Source of the DNA: Asterias rubens
Lineage: Eukaryota
Direction: 5' to 3'
DNA length: 64,000 nucleotides
Assembly: GCF_902459465.1 (NCBI RefSeq)
Contig: NC_047066.1
Location: forward strand, 11,160,001 to 11,224,000
Shown here: one piece after another, positions 60,122 through 64,000 of the stretch
Layout of the letters: each line of letters begins with the position of its first letter
Position numbering within the stretch: position 1 is the first letter of the stretch
Notes under the pieces: generated by a model
The model's database searches: none
What the model was told of the DNA's origin: nothing
The model's input: only the letters and a program-made list of their open reading frames with translations
Made by a program: the position numbers and the translations under genes

Positions 60122-61830
60122 GTACAATGTGGTTGTGTGAAAAGATACTACTTTTTATGCCCCAAAAAATTCCATCTGCTGGGTATTTCTACTAAGAGTT
60201 CATATTCCTTCATGGATGTACTCGCTACGGATTTTCGGCAATTACTATTGCAACCACCTTTTGAAACGAATTTTCCCGATGTAATTTTGTATTGTGTACA
60301 TTTACGTTTTTGTATCGGAATAAAACAATCGGAAGGTTCCAAAAAACAAAGATATACTTTGCCTGCAATAGCCAGGTTTATTTAGCCAGACAGAGACTAG
60401 CCTTTGAGAGCGAGGTATCCTTAAATAATTTGCTGACATAACGATTCTTAGTGATGCTCATTGGGTTAGCGTGTGATAAAGGCGGGCACCTCTCGCGTTT
60501 AACAACACTACCTAACGCAATTAACAGTAGTATTATGGCTCATTACATTCCATGTAATATATGAAAGCATAATCATTATTGTAAAGAGATTTGGCGTGCG
60601 ATGTTAATGGTTTTTCAAAATGTTATTATTGAATCGGATAGCTGGCATGATTAACTACCGTCGACGGAAATAATGACAAATGTGTATGTGGAATATCATC
60701 ACGAGAAAATGCTTTTGTCGTTGACTGTAATGTATAAGGTTGATGAATATAAACAACATGTCACAGTACATTATAAAATTGTGTCATATTACTTACTCTG
60801 TTTACCAAGCACCGATATTTCACTGATCATTTTCCCATGCTTTTTTAACTATGGCATTTCTCTTAATTGAAACTCAAGTATTATTTATGTGATCTATAAA
60901 TTATAAGATATTGACATTGGGCTACGAGGTAATTAATTATCTCAGTGAACAGTATCTGTATTCATCAAGGGGTAGCCGTATTGTTTTGAAAACTAAGTGC
61001 TACGGCCAGCTGCTGCGTCTTCGGCGGCTGGAAATGGATGCCGCTTACACTCTAACAACTAAATAGTTGAATCCAACACTTGCATAAGTTCGGTGAGTGA
61101 CTACACTTTGAAACTGTTGAATCCAGCATTTTATGTATTAAATCGAGCATTTTAAAGTATTCAGTCAACAGTGTAAGTGCCAGGTTAACGTTTAAAAAAG
61201 CTGATTCAACAATTCCCAGGAATATTTTTTAGAAATGTTGAAATAATATTTAAATTGTTGGATTAACCCTTTTTGCCTTGGATCAAAAATTTAAAATGCT
61301 AGATTTAACAAACCAAACAAAACGCAGGATCCAACACTTTCAAAGTTTAGTCACTCACCAAACTCGTGCAGAGTGTAACTAGACCTGATTTCATGACTCT
61401 GCTTACTGTGGAATTCTGTGCTTACAACTATCGTATTCACAGGGTGTCATACCCTCTAAAAACACTCAGCGTCAAAAGTGATACAGAGTCTGGATACCAG
61501 GGGGCCTGATCCATCTCCAGGACAGGCGGACCCGGAAAGGTCCGGATTCGGATTTTAACTTGGATTCTGCGTTATTTTTGACCCATTGATGGGTAATTAT
61601 GAAACATACATTCCGGGTCATACTGACCCATAAATGGATCAGGCCGAAGGTGAATCGGATCCGGGTCAATTCTGACCCGAATAGGATTAGAGTTAAGCAC
61701 AAATATCTGCAGTTACCAGAGCGATGAATTTGGACCAATAAGGCAATGCGTCACACGCGTTTGCTGCACGCACAAAGAAGTCATCGGGTTAGCTGAGTCC
61801 GGTACAAAAGATGGCATACGATTGCACTAA

Positions 61831-63126
61831 TATAGGTTTCTCGGTCAATTTCGGAAAATGAGCAGCCAATTTAACCGCCGGCCTATTCTATTTCGCACGA
61901 AATTGAATGCTACTAAAAAGGGTAATTCTATTTCATTTTAAGACTAGTCAAATCTACTTTTACGTCATTCGATTTAACAAAATAACCATTCAATTTAACA
62001 ATTCATCGAAGCTGCGTTCAAATTCGCAGGAGTGTTTTTGCAGTCTTAAAAACGCTTGGTTAACTTGTTGTTTCCTTATACGAATGTTAAAGGCACGCGG
62101 TTAATTTGTTGGCACTCTTGAACATAATATGCCAAGATGTCTGGCCCGCCAACAGATGGTTGGTGAATATAGGTTTTCTCGGTCAATTTCGGAAAAAGAG
62201 CAGCCAATTTAACCACCAAGCTATTCTATTTCGCGCAAAATAGAATGCTACTCAAAAGGGTCATTCGATTTCGTTTTGGGATTAGTCAAATGTAATGTTG
62301 CGTCATTCGAATTAACAAAATAATCATTGAATTTAACAATTCATCAAAGCAGCATTCAAATTCGCAGACGCTTCTTGAGGCGTGTGTGTCACGAAAAAGA
62401 ATGACGCTACGCTAAATTGAACAGAGTGCTTAAGGAGTTTGACTCGACCCAAAACGAAATTGAATGGCCGAATTTCGAATTTGAAACGCAGTAACAACTG
62501 GAAAAGCAAAACAGCTTTAATTCGAACGCATGAAAATTAAATTGACTGCTCATTTGCCGAATTTGATCGAGAAAACCTATAATTATTTACAAAAAACAAC
62601 AACTGAAAAAAAAAAAAAAAAAAAAAAACATTCAAAACCTTCAAATGTCAGGTCTTCTTCAGTTAACCATTGAAGGTCTCCCGAAAAAAATAAATAAGAA
62701 AACAACCCTTATTGGGCCCAAGGTAAGGTCTACTGGGAACATAAAACAAAGAAAATAAGGTTCGCTCGATTTAAAAGTGAAGGTACGAATAAATTATAAA
62801 TTATACAGTTTATCTGTTTATTCGTATTTCTTTAGTCGTACTTATTTGAATCCTCGGTGAGCGAAATTGATTGCCTCTTTACGAAATTGAAATTGAATAA
62901 ATCAGCAAAATCTCTAGTCGAACCAGCTTTGCTAAAATTGAGTGATGATTGTGTGTCATGAAAAAGAATGAGTGTGCTAGGAACTTGAATGCCTCAAAAC
63001 GAAATTGAATGACCAAATTCTGAATTTGAAACGCAGTAAAAACCGGAGAGGCAAAATAGCTTTAATTCAAACGCATGAAAATTAAATTGGCTGCTCATTT
63101 GCCGAATTTGACCAAGAAAACCTATA
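61831..63126. mobile_element. Two nested copies of a TATAGGTTTTCTCGG-ended MITE
   Basis: Left ends at 61831 and 62168; right ends (GAAAACCTATA) at 62581 and 63126. Confidence 0.7.
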
Positions 63127-64000
63127 GTTACCCCCAAATCACATATTTTCATCGTCCAAACGCATTTCGTATGACATGAGCATGTGACTCTTGTGAAGAA
63201 CGCAAGTCTAGACGATCGTTATAAAAGCGACGTCCAATTATTTTCTTGCATAAGTCGTCAGAAAGAACCACAAGCGCAATGAAACTCCTATGGGATTTAG
63301 GTAATCAGTGGAGACAGAGTGTGTGAAGTAGGTGTGGCTTAAAACATTGGAATCACGTCACACTTACAAAAAGGGCTCACTTCAATTATGAACAGCAAAT
63401 AATGCTTTAACAAACTTCTTCTTATCCTAAAAGAGCAGGATACAGTCACAAATCGCACATGTGGAAAGGAATGTCTAGTTTCTTTATCCCGGTGAGCATA
63501 ATTTTGTTGTGCTTAGCCAATTTTATGCTGAAGCACCTCTAGACCATTTTCCCAATTTCACTGAACTGCTTTTAAGCAGAAGTAATTGTCTATTTGCAAA
63601 CGTAAGCAAGACACCAGTCACAGATTGAACACGTGATATGATATTTTGGCTGGTAACCTTATTCTGTTAAGCATTATGTTGTGCTCATTATAACTACTTG
63701 TTGTGCTTATAACTCATGTTTGATAAGCTGCTTATTATGTCTTTCACCCATTGTATACTTTATTGTTCTTTTTTGCACTAGGCGTTTTACAAATTTATTA
63801 TTGTTATTATGTCAAATTATAATGGTTATTATTATTAAGCAGCTCTGTAAAATGTCCTCAGGATAATATTTTGTTTTTGTTTTTTAGCTATCGCAAGTTT
63901 CAGTCGCGGGACCATCGCGCGTCCGACTATATAAACCAATCTTTATGGGGAAAAACACGCAGTCGCTTCCCAATCAAGAGAAAAACAATTCGTCATAATT

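Noticed and set aside
63889-64000. Acceptor-like TTTTTTAG followed by an open frame, as candidate P2X-B exon 2
   Set aside because: The translation (YRKFQSRDHRASDY...) lacks the expected Y.I...KGYQ...VTTK.KG pattern.

Overview
AT-rich, intron-containing animal genomic DNA. It is probably an echinoderm such as a sea star; this is inferred from the intronless GPCR cluster, TACATGTA-rich spacers and MITE content, not established. Protein-coding content read from the sequence: (1) three tandem intronless rhodopsin-class GPCRs on + (1653-2786, 11524-12603, 18543-19694); (2) the 5' five coding exons of DEPDC5 (GATOR1 subunit) on - (28857 to 20674), with no next exon found by eye in 1-20673, so the GPCR trio appears nested antisense in one DEPDC5 intron of >20 kb; (3) ERP29 (3 exons, KEEL end) head-to-head with DEPDC5; (4) a complete 11-coding-exon P2X receptor (37160-45385, about 415 aa); (5) exon 1 of a second, diverged P2X paralog (57210-57376). 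The rest is dense with non-autonomous transposons (about 25 copies of one TTAA-flanked Kolobok-like MITE, plus hAT-, Harbinger- and Tc1/pogo-like MITEs, tRNA-derived SINEs and an L2 fragment), palindromes and tandem repeats. The most notable features are the nested antisense GPCR cluster with altered activation motifs, DEPDC5 exons bracketed by inverted MITE pairs, uORFs in the DEPDC5 leader, and the tandem P2X pair. All coordinates were counted by eye; repeat boundaries may be off by a few bases.
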